DNA of 62,531 nt, counting the filler, from Aduncisulcus paluster (lineage: Eukaryota): NCBI GenBank assembly GCA_024181965.1. It is 7 parts of 7 records of this genome, joined end to end, with 100 filler letters (N's around TTAATTAATTAA, not from the genome) between each part and the next. Parts side by side here need not be neighbours in the genome. Positions count along the whole stretch, not along the records: positions 23,886 to 32,280 come from BQXS01013840.1; positions 32,381 to 42,894 come from BQXS01013842.1; 5 more parts are not named here. The stretch is one strand, 5' to 3'. The notes below the pieces were generated by a model. The model saw only the letters and a list, made by a program, of their open reading frames with translations. It searched no databases and was not told the DNA's origin. Shown in pieces: positions 23,888 through 36,338 of the stretch (its first letter is position 1; every line of letters begins with the position of its first letter). A program made the position numbers and the translations under genes.

Positions 23888-26800
23888 ACGAGTCACAGAC
23901 ATCATGGGAGTCACAACCATAGAAGTTGTCCACATATTCCACGTGTCTTCTCTTCCTCTTCCTCTTCCTCTTCCTCTTCCTCTTCTTCTTCTTCTGATGT
24001 GTCCAATGACGTATCATCTAATACAAATATACATGACCTACAACAACAACAACAGTTAAAATCATCAGCCACAAGTTTCCCATCTCTCCTCTCTTCTCTT
24101 GCCACACTCGAAAGCACTCTCTCTGCATCTACTCCTCGTGATATTGGCCAGACTTTACCAATGATAGCCAGACCTTCTTCTTTCTTGCAATATAATAGAA
24201 CCCCAACAGGAGCTGATCGAGCCATTGCTGTTGCCTGTGAAGGTGGATCATTAGCTTCGTGGGGAGAGAAAGAAAGAGTTTTAAAGAACAAGTTTGTATC
24301 TGAAGAAAGACATCTCATTTCAACACATGGTCATGATACTCTGTCGTCCATCGTTGACTCATTGCACGGAAGTTACAGTCTTTTTGTCAATACAACTGCT
24401 CCATCTAACAGTGAAACTGTCCCTTTTCTTTCATCGCACAACACTGTTCGTGTGAGTAATGACGATTTCGTATATATTCCAAATGAGACAAAGGATGCAT
24501 TTTATGTCCCCTTTCCTCCATCACAACAGTTGTCATATCATGAATATGCCATGATGTACCCGTCTGTTATTGACATACCATCTGCAGATCCTCCCAAAGA
24601 TCCATCTTTCTCCTCGTTTTCATCAGATTCTACGGTATTGCCTTCCATTCTACCTCCTGTGCATACCATAGCTTGTCCTTACCATGAATTTTCTCTGATG
24701 CACTGTGAGATCTCTGAACAACGATCTGTGAAAGATATGCTAAGATATCCAAGTAATGGAACTTCTATAGGAATGAGAAGTCTGGATAATGGGGATACTG
24801 GATTTTCCTCTTCTTCTTCATCCTCTTCCACTTCTTCTTCTTCCTCTTCTTCGAGTGGTAATGCTAATATATCATCCAATGTTAGTTTAACTGATGCTTC
24901 CTCTTCTCATCATAAATATCAGTCATCGGTCTCTGTTCCTGGTCCTAATAGTCACCATTATGGTCAAATGCACAGTTCTGGGTCTATCCCTTCCCCTTCC
25001 ATGTATTTCCCATCATCTCCCAATGCTCATGGAATATCTTCAACCTTTGACCCTTCTTATAGTCATGGTTCTATTGAATCACATCATCCTGGGATATCCT
25101 CCTCTTCCTCCTCCTCCTCCTCCTCTTCTTCTTCTTCTTCTTCTTTGGTTTTGTCCTTGACTGACCATGATACTAGTTCTCAAACAACCGTGGCATCTCT
25201 GTTACTCTCATCTTTTTCTACCCCTAGATATATTATGCCTCATTCAAGTCCAACCAATCCATCATCCTGTCATATTGGACTCTCAGAGCTTGATCCATCG
25301 CCTTTCTTCTTACCTGTCACTTCATTACATATTAACCCTTATTCTGTTCCATCGACAAACAACATTTTCTCAGCAAAATCAATGTTTTCAGGAACATACG
25401 AAATGGCATCTTCCTCTTCTTCCTCTTCAAGGATATTCGCTAACACTGGAGGTTTTGATATGCTTGGACTCGGTGAAGGCGTTGGAAGACGTGAGAACAA
25501 TGGAATGGCTCTGTCTGCTCTTCCTTTGTCCACGGATAGAACATTTGCTCACCCTCTGGCTCTACATGTTGACCCTGAACCATTAACGGGTCCAAAACCG
25601 TTTTCTAATCCCAACAATTCAATTATCTCACAATATGTTGCAAAGTTGACTGACCATAACATTTCCATCGCCCACATTCCAAAGATGGGATCTAAAGTGT
25701 GCCAGAGTATATCCGGATGTCTTCTGGAAGACACATCAACAAACGCAAGAAGACAGGGGCATTTGGGAACAACTGGGTTAACGATGTCTCAGCAATCAAG
25801 AATGGGATCAAGAACGGCTGGTGGTGCTGCAACTGCCGGTGGAGCCGGTAGTGTCGGTGGAAGTGTTGGTGTTGGTTCTCATCACCACGTCCGTGGAGGA
25901 GTAGGGTCTGGAGCCTCTCTTGTTGACATCCATCCATGGGGTAAGAATGGTCTTGAAGCTGGCTGGGTCGAGAAATCTATCAATGATATGGATTATAGTG
26001 ATCTTAACCAAGGTAATACTGACCTTGCTTCTTCCACCGGAGGATATTCCCTTTCACATACCCTCCAACGTGATCGTGTCAGCAAAGGTATATCGGGAAG
26101 TATCATTGGTGTTGCCGGTGCCCCAACCACATTCAATCCTCATGCTTCTCTACTACAAACTATCTCACAGTGTGCCAATGATTATGCATCCAGACAGAGA
26201 CAAAGGGAGATGCTTCGAAAGTCTGAAGATATTATTGAAGATCCACAGCAACAATGGTCACCTTCTTCTTGGATGAGTAATTCTGTCAATTCTGCTGCAA
26301 TTCCAATCCAATCACATGCACAATCAACGCAGCCCCAATACCAATATAGTCAGACACCAAAGAGATCTACCTCCATGACACACTCTTCACAGCAACAACG
26401 TGGTCATAACACTCCTCAGAAAGGACATCAGCATGCATCACACCATCATAGACAGCTTCAAAACCAACACGTAACCACAGCGACTCCATCATCAATTGTT
26501 GCACAGTCATCTGGAGGAAGTTCTGGTGTTGACATGAAATACTCTGACGTTGGATCCAATGGAGCATCATCAAAGGTTGTGAAAGGAATTTATATTGGGG
26601 GTGGGACAAATGGTACAGATATGTATATCGGTGGCAAGAGAGATCCTTCAACCGTTTCAATGACTGCTGCTTTATCGTATCTCCACCCTCCACTACCTCT
26701 CCTTCCTCCTTCTTTCCTATTCTCACCTCAGCTTATGTTTATGGCCTATTCAAGAGCACAACGAGTCGATATTGTCAATGAAACTCCACAATCCATGGAC

Positions 26801-29800
26801 AATGGTTCCTATTTTGGTAACTTTAATCGCAGTTGTTCATTGATATCTGGGAAATATCCTCAATATTGTGCCCATAATACCTCTACACTACACAAACCGT
26901 CTAATATTGATGTTGGTATTGCATCATCTTCTTCTTTTCATTGTAAAGACGAAGACGAAGAGCTGAAATCAAACAGCAAGAAGTTTGATGCCATTAAAAG
27001 TCATAAGAATCATAATACGACATCGCTTGTGAGACGAGGAGTATCGTCACACATTGACACTGATTGTCATTCNNNNNNNNNNNNNNNNNNNNATCTGGGA
27101 AATATCCTCAATATTGTGCCCATAATACCTCTACACTACACAAACCGTCTAATATTGATGTTGGTATTGCATCATCTTCTTCTTTTCATTGTAAAGACGA
27201 AGACGAAGAGCTGAAATCAAACAGCAAGAAGTTTGATGCCATTAAAAGTCATAAGAATCATAATACGACATCGCTTGTGAGACGAGGAGTATCGTCACAC
27301 ATTGACACTGATTGTCATTCCTCTTCTTGTTCAAACTCTTGTGATACATTCCATTCCTGTAATAGCAAAAGTCAATCAATTGGTACTAATATTATGGGAG
27401 ATTCAACGCAAAGCACAATGTTTTCAAGCAAGGACAAAGATCTATGTGTTTCTTTGTTTGGAACATCTCTATCAACGGTGGTTTCTTCATTGCAATCGTG
27501 GAGTCTAATCAACGGTGTGTGCCGTTCTACTAATATCTGTGAAAGGTATGTGAAACAATGTTTGGCTCGATTAGGCCGTGAGATTGCTGGGAAAGACTGT
27601 CCAACATCTACCCACGCTGGAATGGGTGATCTTGTTCTGAAAATTGTTAATACAAGTGGTCTAGGTAATAATGCCCCACATAATGTTGAAAGAAAGCAGA
27701 CATCCACCAATAAGTATTATTTTAAAAACAAGGTCAAAGATGGCAATTATAATATTTCTCCTTCTATTTTTAGATTATCCATGTTGTCGTCTTTCACTTC
27801 TCTTTCGAAGACTCGAAACATACTCAGATCATCTCTTTGTTCTTCTCACCAGCAACTTTCTCAAAGGATGAGAAAGAAATACCAATCTGGTTCATCTTGG
27901 ACATGGGGAGAGGATAAGAGTTTATCAGTAATGTCTAAATCATCTGATAATTCTTACTCTTTATCTTCTGCTACGACTAACATTAATAGAACTAAACTTT
28001 ATCAAACAGCATCTTCTTCTTCCACTCTTCCTCTTTCCTTGTCAACTTCTCTTCCTCTCCTTTCAGTTATCTCCAACTTCTTCTCTGGGTCATTTTCATT
28101 CTCACACAGACCTTGGACAGGCACATTACCTACTCCTCCTGTTTTTGTTGTTCAAAGAAGACCTCAAAGAGCAGCAAGAGAATCAACGGTCAATTCATTG
28201 CTATCATCCAATGTAGGTAATAATGACATAGATTCCAAGACTGGTCAGGGATCATCTCAAAGTACTCAGGGGAAACAACTATCTTATGTTGGTGGGGGAG
28301 GAGGATTAGGGTCTGTTCTTGATTCATCAAATGTTCCTTCCTCTCTTTCTCACATGCCTAAATATAGATCTACAAGAAGTAGCACTATAAAAAGAAGAAG
28401 AAGAAGAAGAAGGTGAAGGTAGAGATGTGGATGTTGTGAAAGAGAAAGAGGAAGAGGAAGAGGAAGGAAAGGAGAAAAAGAACAATGTTGACGTTGAACA
28501 ACTCTTCTCATCGCCTTCCTTCTCATTCGCTGTGGTCCATCGTGTCTTGCTTGAGCAAGCATCATCATATTGCCATCATGAATCTTCTTTATCTTCTTTG
28601 GAGAGAGTTTGTTCAAAGGATGTGAAAGAAGAGGAAGAAGAAGAGGAGGAGGAGGAAGAGGAAGAAGTTGAAGTTGTTAAGAAATTAAATAAGAGAAAAC
28701 AAACGAATGGTGTGGCCAGGCGCTCAAAACAAAAGAAGAATGGATATTTAAAGACGAAACGTGGACGAGTGTTGAGAAGGCGGCATCAAGAAGAGGAAGA
28801 AGAGGAGGAGGAGGAAGAGGAGGAAGACAAGAATTCGAGAAGAATGAGAAGAGGGTTAAGGAAAAGCATAAGGAGAAAAAGAACAATGTTGACGTTGAAC
28901 AACTCTTCTCATCGCCTTCCTTCTCATTCGCTGTGGTCCATCGTGTCTTGCTTGAGCAAGCATCATCATATTGCCATCATGAATCTTCTTTATCTTCTTT
29001 GGAGAGAGTTTGTTCAAAGGATGTGAAAGAAGAGGAAGAAGAAGAGGAGGAGGAGGAAGAGGAAGAAGTTGAAGTTGTTAAGAAATTAAATAAGAGAAAA
29101 CAAACGAATGGTGTGGCCAGGCGCTCAAAACAAAAGAAGAATGGATATTTAAAGACGAAACGTGGACGAGTGTTGAGAAGGCGGCATCAAGAAGAGGAAG
29201 AAGAGGAGGAGGAGGAAGAGGAAGAAGTTGAAGTTGTTAAGAAATTAAATAAGAGAAAACAAACGAATGGTGTGGCCAGGCGCTCAAAACAAAAGAAGAA
29301 TGGATATTTAAAGACGAAACGTGGACGAGTGTTGAGAAGGCGGCATCAAGAAGAGAAAGAGGAAGAGGAAGAGGAAGGAAAGGAGAAAAAGAACAATGTT
29401 GACGTTGAACAACTCTTCTCATCGCCTTCCTTCTCATTCGCTGTGGTCCATCGTGTCTTGCTTGAGCAAGCATCATCATATTGCCATCATGAATCTTCTT
29501 TATCTTCTTTGGAGAGAGTTTGTTCAAAGGATGTGAAAGAAGAGGAGGAGGAAGAGGAAGAAGTTGAAGTTGTTAAGAAATTAAATAAGAGAAAACAAAC
29601 GAATGGTGTGGCCAGGCGCTCAAAACAAAAGAAGAATGGATATTTAAAGACGAAACGTGGACGAGTGTTGAGAAGGCGGCATCAAGAAGAGGAAGAAGAA
29701 GAAGGTGAAGGTAGAGATGTGGATGTTGTGAAAGAGAAAGAGGAAGAGGAAGAGGAAGGAAAGGAGAAAAAGAACAATGTTGACGTTGAACAACTCTTCT

Positions 29801-31948
29801 CATCGCCTTCCTTCTCATTCGCTGTGGTCCATCGTGTCTTGCTTGAGCAAGCATCATCATATTGCCATCATGAATCTTCTTTATCTTCTTTGGAGAGAGT
29901 TTGTTCAAAGGATGTGAAAGAAGAGGAAGAAGAAGAGGAGGAGGAGGAAGAGGAAGAAGTTGAAGTTGTTAAGAAATTAAATAAGAGAAAACAAACGAAT
30001 GGTGTGGCCAGGCGCTCAAAACAAAAGAAGAATGGATATTTAAAGACGAAACGTGGACGAGTGTTGAGAAGGCGGCATCAAGAAGAGGAAGAAGAGGAGG
30101 AGGAGGAAGAGGAGGAAGACAAGAATTCGATCTTGGNNNNNNNNNNNNNNNNNNNNTAAAAAAAGAAGAAGAAGAAGAAGAAGGTGAAGGTAGAGATGTG
30201 GATGTTGTGAAAGAGAAAGAGGAAGAGGAAGAGGAAGGAAAGGAGAAAAAGAACAATGTTGACGTTGAACAACTCTTCTCATCGCCTTCCTTCTCATTCG
30301 CTGTGGTCCATCGTGTCTTGCTTGAGCAAGCATCATCATATTGCCATCATGAATCTTCTTTATCTTCTTTGGAGAGAGTTTGTTCAAAGGATGTGAAAGA
30401 AGAGAAAGAGGAAGAGGAAGAGGAAGGAAAGGAGAAAAAGAACAATGTTGACGTTGAACAACTCTTCTCATCGCCTTCCTTCTCATTCGCTGTGGTCCAT
30501 CGTGTCTTGCTTGAGCAAGCATCATCATATTGCCATCATGAATCTTCTTTATCTTCTTTGGAGAGAGTTTGTTCAAAGGATGTGAAAGAAGAGGAAGAAG
30601 AAGAGGAGGAGGAGGAAGAGGAAGAAGTTGAAGTTGTTAAGAAATTAAATAAGAGAAAACAAACGAATGGTGTGGCCAGGCGCTCAAAACAAAAGAAGAA
30701 TGGATATTTAAAGACGAAACGTGGACGAGTGTTGAGAAGGCGGCATCAAGAAGAGGAAGAAGAGGAGGAGGAGGAAGAGGAGGAAGACAAGAATTCGAGA
30801 AGAATGAGAAGAGGGTTAAGGAAAAGCATAAGGAGAAAATTCTTGGTTTCTGAGGAAGAGGAAGAGGAAGAGGGAGAGGAGGAGGAGGAGGAGAAGAAGA
30901 AGAAGAAGAAGAAGAAGAAGAAGAAGAAGAAGAAATAGAAGACGAAGAAGAAGAAGGAGAAGGAGACAAAGGTCGTAAGTTAAATAATAGTAATAATCGT
31001 AAACTCAAATGTTCTAGCCCAGTTGTGAATGAAGATAATCAAGAACAATATTCATATTTATTCATTTTCCCTTCTATTTTCTCTCCTCACTTCTCCAGTT
31101 TCTTTATGGGTAGACCACTTTCAACTGTATTGGTAATCCCTGCTCAGAAAGCTCAAGGCTTCAATGAACTTCCAGAATCTCCGCACATAATTTCCCATTC
31201 ATTATCATCCACTGCTCATTCCTCAGCCCCTTCAATGATGCCTCCAAGAGGATCTTCTTCATCTTCCACATTTGGTGGAGGAGCTCAATCCACTTCTTTC
31301 GCATCAACTTCTGCCTTGAAGGGTGTCACATCAACCTCTGGAGGTGTTTCTCATCCACATCAGGATGTTTCTCTGTTGTCAACTAACATTCCTTTGCGTT
31401 CATCTGATCCCTTGTACACTGAGTATCCTTCTCTTCTCACCCCATCCGCTTCTACCTCTGCCCCCATTGTTCTCCCAAGACCTGAACCCAATGTTCCACC
31501 GCCAGTCCCCATATATGATTCTCCATCTGCTCATCCATACTTAAATCCACTCACTCCACATCAGAAACAGATCCTAATGAGACACCAAATGTTGATTCAA
31601 CAACGGCAAGCTCAGCAACATGCAGTGAATGTTCAGCAACAACGATTACAAATGCAGGCTCAAATGTCACGGATGCCACCGCAAATGGCTCAACAAATGC
31701 GTCTAAAATGGGCTCAGCAGCAGCAACAGATGGCCATGGAACAAAGACAGCAACAGCGACAAGTCAACATGGCAGTTGCTCACCCACATCCCCAACAGCA
31801 TCCCCAACAGCAACCACAGTATTACCCTTCTCAGCACGCCCAGCATCCCCAACATGCTCATATGATGCCACAACGCATGGCTGGACCTTCTGCAGTGAGG
31901 CGACAGTTGCACCAGATTAGACAGGCAAGACATGGACCGGTAAAATAA
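23888..31948 (+). CDS. Very large Ser-rich low-complexity protein with acidic/basic blocks and a Gln/Met/Pro-rich C-terminus; 5'-partial, probably one gene broken by assembly errors
   Basis: Frame open from 23888; ORFs 23999-27214 and 27064-28416 overlap across a gap; the A5 run at 28389 is A7 in the duplicate at 30158, which restores the frame; a further slip in the GAA tract at ~30890 links to ORF 31025-31948. Confidence 0.65.
28395..30935 (+). repeat. Irregular array of two identical modules (VEQLFSSPSF...CSKDVK and VVKKLNKRK...RRRHQ) separated by GAR (poly-Glu) tracts
   Basis: About six copies of each module, apparently identical in sequence, in shuffled order. Confidence 0.9.
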
Positions 31949-32101
31949 TTATTCTCGACACATGGAAAAACAGTGATTTCCTCTCGAAGACTCTTCAGAA
32001 GAGTAATCGTTCCATTCATTTTATTTTTACCATTGTCACATATTGTCAATAGTGACTCAATACATAATGTCAAAGAGTCTATTATTTTACGAGTAAAACA
32101 C

Positions 32102-32278
32102 TCATTCCATCTTCTCTCGCAAGAATACATGGCCAGAACCAACCTTTCCAATTTCACCCATTCCACACACCTCACAAGTCTCTCCTGAGATTTTCTCAGA
32201 ATACCAAGCTCCACAGCATCCACATTGAACACCGTGAGAAGGGGAAAGCACGTCAAATGTCTTCATACAGACCTTCTG
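32102..32278 (-). CDS. COPA: C-terminal 58 aa of coatomer subunit alpha (COPI), 5'-partial
   Basis: QKVCMKTFDVLSPSHGVQCGCCGAWYSEKISGETCEVCGMGEIGKVGSGHVFLREKME* fits the alpha-COP C-terminal pattern C-x(n)-CxxCGAxY-x4-G-x2-CxVC-x3-IG-x4-G. Confidence 0.75.
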   Translation of the reverse strand, partial: QKVCMKTFDVLSPSHGVQCGCCGAWYSEKISGETCEVCGMGEIGKVGSGHVFLREKME

Positions 32279-32280
32279 AG

Positions 32281-32380
32281 NNNNNNNNNNNNNNNNNNNN
32301 NNNNNNNNNNNNNNNNNNNNNNNNTTAATTAATTAANNNNNNNNNNNNNNNNNNNNNNNNNNNNNNNNNNNNNNNNNNNN
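32281..32380. other. Artificial scaffold linker
   Basis: N44-TTAATTAATTAA-N44. Confidence 0.98.
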
Positions 32381-33075
32381 TGTGAATTCCACGACACCAA
32401 AAAAAATAATAATAATAATAAAAAAGGGAAGATCTCACATTGGAAATAGACCTGTGCTCCGAGGGATGGTCTTTAGAAAAGAAGCTCAAGGCGTTTGACA
32501 CGAAACATCCATTCATTCAATTAAGAAGCCTTCTTGCAAATCTCTGTGCAGTACAAGGAATAAAATGATCTCGCAGCGGATAGAAAGTGTATTTTTATCC
32601 CATTTGATCAGAAGGGATATGGCAGTGGGCACTCCAAATGGCGACTTTGCGATGAGTTGAGAAAACTCTGTGACAATTCCACCAACATGCAGGTTTTTTA
32701 TATCACATGGCTCTATATATTGCCATGCCGAATGAGTTCAAGAAAGTCGAAAGCACATCTCGTGACAGGATCTCCAACAACATAACAAACAAAACAACAA
32801 CAGGCCATATTTTGCTTGCAGTTGTAATAATATTTGGATTGGATGCTGTATTTTCAAGTATGTCATTCCATTTCTGGAAATAATTTGTCATCCATTTTGT
32901 TCGGAGATGTATTTTACATTGCTTATTGCTTTCTTGCTGTTTCAACCTTCAATCTCATCCTCGTTCCTTTATTGTATTGTAGTCCGGTTAGTCATTTCTG
33001 CAATTTATTAATTTACCCCAAATATTCCGTATAATAATAACGATATAACATTATATTGAGTCCTCTACATTCTAT

Positions 33076-35637
33076 ATGAGAAGCACTGAAGAATTGACAA
33101 AAGAAATTGAAGAACTCATTGTTTCAATCAAAAAAACAGACTCTCGGTATGATCTAGTGGATCTTTATGAAGAATCCCATTCTCGTCTCAAGACTATCTT
33201 TGATGAGTTCACTTCTTCACCCTCATCTGCTGTCACATCCGCTCGAGATCTGGTCGCCCTTTGTTTCGAATGTTTGTCCTTGTTCGTGAAGCATAAAGTT
33301 ACAAAAGACGATGGAACTCCAGATGAGGATGGTTTTGAGGTTATTCTAGATAGTTCTTCCATCCAGGATATGATTGACTCTTTCTTGCCTTTAATGATCC
33401 GAGTTGAAGCTATTCTGAGAGTGAAACGAGAAGAAATAGAAGAAGAAGAAGAGGAAATGAAAGAAATAGAAGAAGAAGAAGAAGAAGCTAAAACTGCATC
33501 TCGAGTGAATTCCATTTCAAAGACATTGTTCAGCATTCTCAGTATCGCAACAACGAGAAGTGTTCAATCCAAATGTATTGCGATTTTCCCCCAAATCTCC
33601 ACTCTTCTCTCGAACATGTTTATTCTCGGCCTATCTGAGAAACTTGAGGATTCTTTTGTTAAAAATATCCTCCAGACATGTAGGAATATTGCACTTGCCA
33701 AAGATGATCCCACCAAGAACTCCCTTTTATCCATTCTTCTCCCCCATATCTTGCCATGGATGAAGAAGTATCCTGATAAGAAGTTCTTTTTCTTGTGGAT
33801 GAATATAATGAAGAATATCACTCTTGATAAGGATAACATCCAACCTCAAAAAGATCGTTCTTCACAACTTTGGTTTGTCTTCCACTCTGTCTTGGCTATT
33901 ATCAAGGACACTGCTTCCAAAGGTATTACATTTGATGATGATGCTGTAATTTGTTGTTTACTATTCTTTGGTAACTTGAGTTGTATTCCTTCCCAAGCCA
34001 TTGAAGTTCATGATTGCATTAAAGATGGTCTTATTGATAGCTGGTTTGAGATAGTGAAGAAAAGTGGAGAGGATGCTAATAGTCAGGGAGTCAAATATTG
34101 GTCCAAACTCATTTCCATGCTTTCCACAGTCCCATCTCTTGTCCCTCAACTATCTCCTAAATATGCCAAGATGGAGTGGTGCAAGAATAATGGAGGATGG
34201 AGTGGAGATTATGCAAGATATCTTGACAATTATCCTCTGATGAAATGGTCTAAATTAGTTGAAGCTATTATGAAATGTCCTGACTCAGAATCATCCTCAA
34301 TTCTCTACCATAAACATCGAGGAGATATCCTTTCTGTCTTCCTTGCATCCCAATCAAAGAGTGAGATAGAAGAGCACAAGAGAGAGATTGTTCTTTGTGT
34401 TGAGTGTTTAAGACGGTTTGCAGGACATGATGTTGATGAAACTGAAATTTATCCCCCAATAGGAAGTATCTATCTCCCAATACCCGATCTCAACAATCTC
34501 ATTGACACTTTCATTGATCATCTTTCAAGAGTGGAGGAGGTTTTGGAAGAAGCTATTGATGAAGAGTATTGTAGCATTTGCATTGATTATTCTTTCGAAG
34601 TTAGAGATAAAAGGGATTGTTTCTTTCCAAAGATCCTTTCCACTTTCCATCGAATTCTTGAAAGAGGAAGCAAGAAGAAGTTGAATGATAGTATTGTTCT
34701 AAAATTATTGAAGACTCTCAAAAACATCTCTTTTTCTCCCTCTACTTCCACTCGATCCTCTATTCTCACTCTCATCAAACCATATGTCAAAGATTGGTTG
34801 AGGATATACAATGATAGGAAGTGCTTCGGACAGTTGATATCTATTTTGTCACAAATCACCCTCTCAAGTGATTGTGATCCTTCAAATGCTCTTGTAATCT
34901 ATGATAATATTAAGGATCTTCTTGATGGTTGGTTTGAAGTTATGAAGAGGAAAGAATATGAATTGGGAATCAATTTCTGGTCTAAACTTATTTCTATGTT
35001 TTCCACAGTCCCATCTCTTGTCCCTCAACTATCTCCCAAATATGATGCCAAGATGCTATGGTGTAGAGAAAAATGGGACAGTTATTTTTCGCTTCGATCT
35101 TATTACCAATACCTTTCCAACATTTACTCTTTCATATCTTCTTCATATCTCCGTTCTGTTCCAATGGTTTCATTTATTCCTTCCATTGAGACATCTTTGT
35201 GTCCGAACATAGATGGATATTCATACTCTTTCCATGTATCTTCTGTTATGAATCTGCATAAAACTATTCCACGTCGCAAAAACAAAATCTCTTGGTATCA
35301 CGATATAATTAGTGGAAAAGAAATACAAATCCAACATGTTCTTAAACGTGATAGATCGAGTTCTCAAGATATCCTCACACACTCTTCTCTCATTCAATAC
35401 ACTCCTCCTCAACATATGCTTGTTAAGATGCCATTTGATGATGAGAGATCCTTGAGACAATCTGTGTATGATCTGATTGAACGCACAGGTGGAGGTGTTG
35501 AAGTGATGTTTGAACAGGGATCATATTCTTCGTTTGAAAAATATGATCAAGAAGCATGGAGGAAAAGAATGAAAAATGTCAAACAGAAAAGAGGACAATC
35601 GAAAGAAGGAAAACATTGTCATTGTCAAATTGTTTAA
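33076..35637 (+). CDS. Helical repeat family protein, 853 aa, with C-terminal CaaX (CQIV)
   Basis: Shares LCFECLSLFV.H, PDSES...HRGDILSVFLASQSKSEIEEHK and STVPSLVP with 17149-19443; ends with a polybasic stretch plus HCHCQIV*. Confidence 0.88.
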   Translation: MRSTEELTKEIEELIVSIKKTDSRYDLVDLYEESHSRLKTIFDEFTSSPSSAVTSARDLVALCFECLSLFVKHKVTKDDGTPDEDGFEVILDSSSIQDMIDSFLPLMIRVEAILRVKREEIEEEEEEMKEIEEEEEEAKTASRVNSISKTLFSILSIATTRSVQSKCIAIFPQISTLLSNMFILGLSEKLEDSFVKNILQTCRNIALAKDDPTKNSLLSILLPHILPWMKKYPDKKFFFLWMNIMKNITLDKDNIQPQKDRSSQLWFVFHSVLAIIKDTASKGITFDDDAVICCLLFFGNLSCIPSQAIEVHDCIKDGLIDSWFEIVKKSGEDANSQGVKYWSKLISMLSTVPSLVPQLSPKYAKMEWCKNNGGWSGDYARYLDNYPLMKWSKLVEAIMKCPDSESSSILYHKHRGDILSVFLASQSKSEIEEHKREIVLCVECLRRFAGHDVDETEIYPPIGSIYLPIPDLNNLIDTFIDHLSRVEEVLEEAIDEEYCSICIDYSFEVRDKRDCFFPKILSTFHRILERGSKKKLNDSIVLKLLKTLKNISFSPSTSTRSSILTLIKPYVKDWLRIYNDRKCFGQLISILSQITLSSDCDPSNALVIYDNIKDLLDGWFEVMKRKEYELGINFWSKLISMFSTVPSLVPQLSPKYDAKMLWCREKWDSYFSLRSYYQYLSNIYSFISSSYLRSVPMVSFIPSIETSLCPNIDGYSYSFHVSSVMNLHKTIPRRKNKISWYHDIISGKEIQIQHVLKRDRSSSQDILTHSSLIQYTPPQHMLVKMPFDDERSLRQSVYDLIERTGGGVEVMFEQGSYSSFEKYDQEAWRKRMKNVKQKRGQSKEGKHCHCQIV

Positions 35638-36056
35638 ACTAATCCGATAATCTTGTTAGAGCGGAGAGAGAGATCATACAATCAAAAATGAAATTTTCAT
35701 TCCTTTTGAGTCATGGCCTCGGACTATTACAATAAGATCCAAATAAATTAGAAATCTCCGTGAAAAGGGGATATCGATGAGGGAAGGTTGCCCCAGAACT
35801 TCTGAGTCAGAACATAAACCTGTCAATACAAGAGAAAACCTACCCTGAGATACACAAATCTCATCGAGATGATCTCAATCAGTGCCTTGAAATCATAGAA
35901 GTTGATGTTGTTGTGTGCCACAAGACTTATTTAAGATTTAATTGATGTTTAGTAAACATTGTTTACTATTTAATGAGAACTTGATGAGTAAAAGTAAAGA
36001 AATAAATCCTTTTCACACGTTTGAATCCTTTCCAAAATGAATGTAGAAATCAATAT

Positions 36057-36338
36057 TCTAAAAATAGATTTTCTAAAAATAGAAATGTAAAACAAACATT
36101 ACTATTAATTTTATTATTTTACCCCATTTTTTTCATCATTGGTATCATTTATCGAAGATTTACGAGTTAATAATCTCTTCTTTTCAATTATTTGGCAATG
36201 AGAGGGATGTGGTCAAAACGGAATCATTTTCAGAGATAAACATGTTTTAGACCGATATTTGATAAAATTGGATCAAATATACGCAAAATCCGAGAATAGC
36301 CTATCTTGTTTTCTAAAAATAGATTTTCTAAAAATAGA
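36057..36338. promoter_or_regulatory. Pair of (TCTAAAAATAGA)-N3-(TCTAAAAATAGA) motifs 255 bp apart; function unknown
   Basis: Copies at 36057-36083 and 36312-36338. Confidence 0.6.

Noticed and set aside
31858..32256. 132-aa minus-strand ORF overlapping the Gln-rich gene
   Set aside because: TTG start just after a stop; another frame encodes the COPA-like C-terminus
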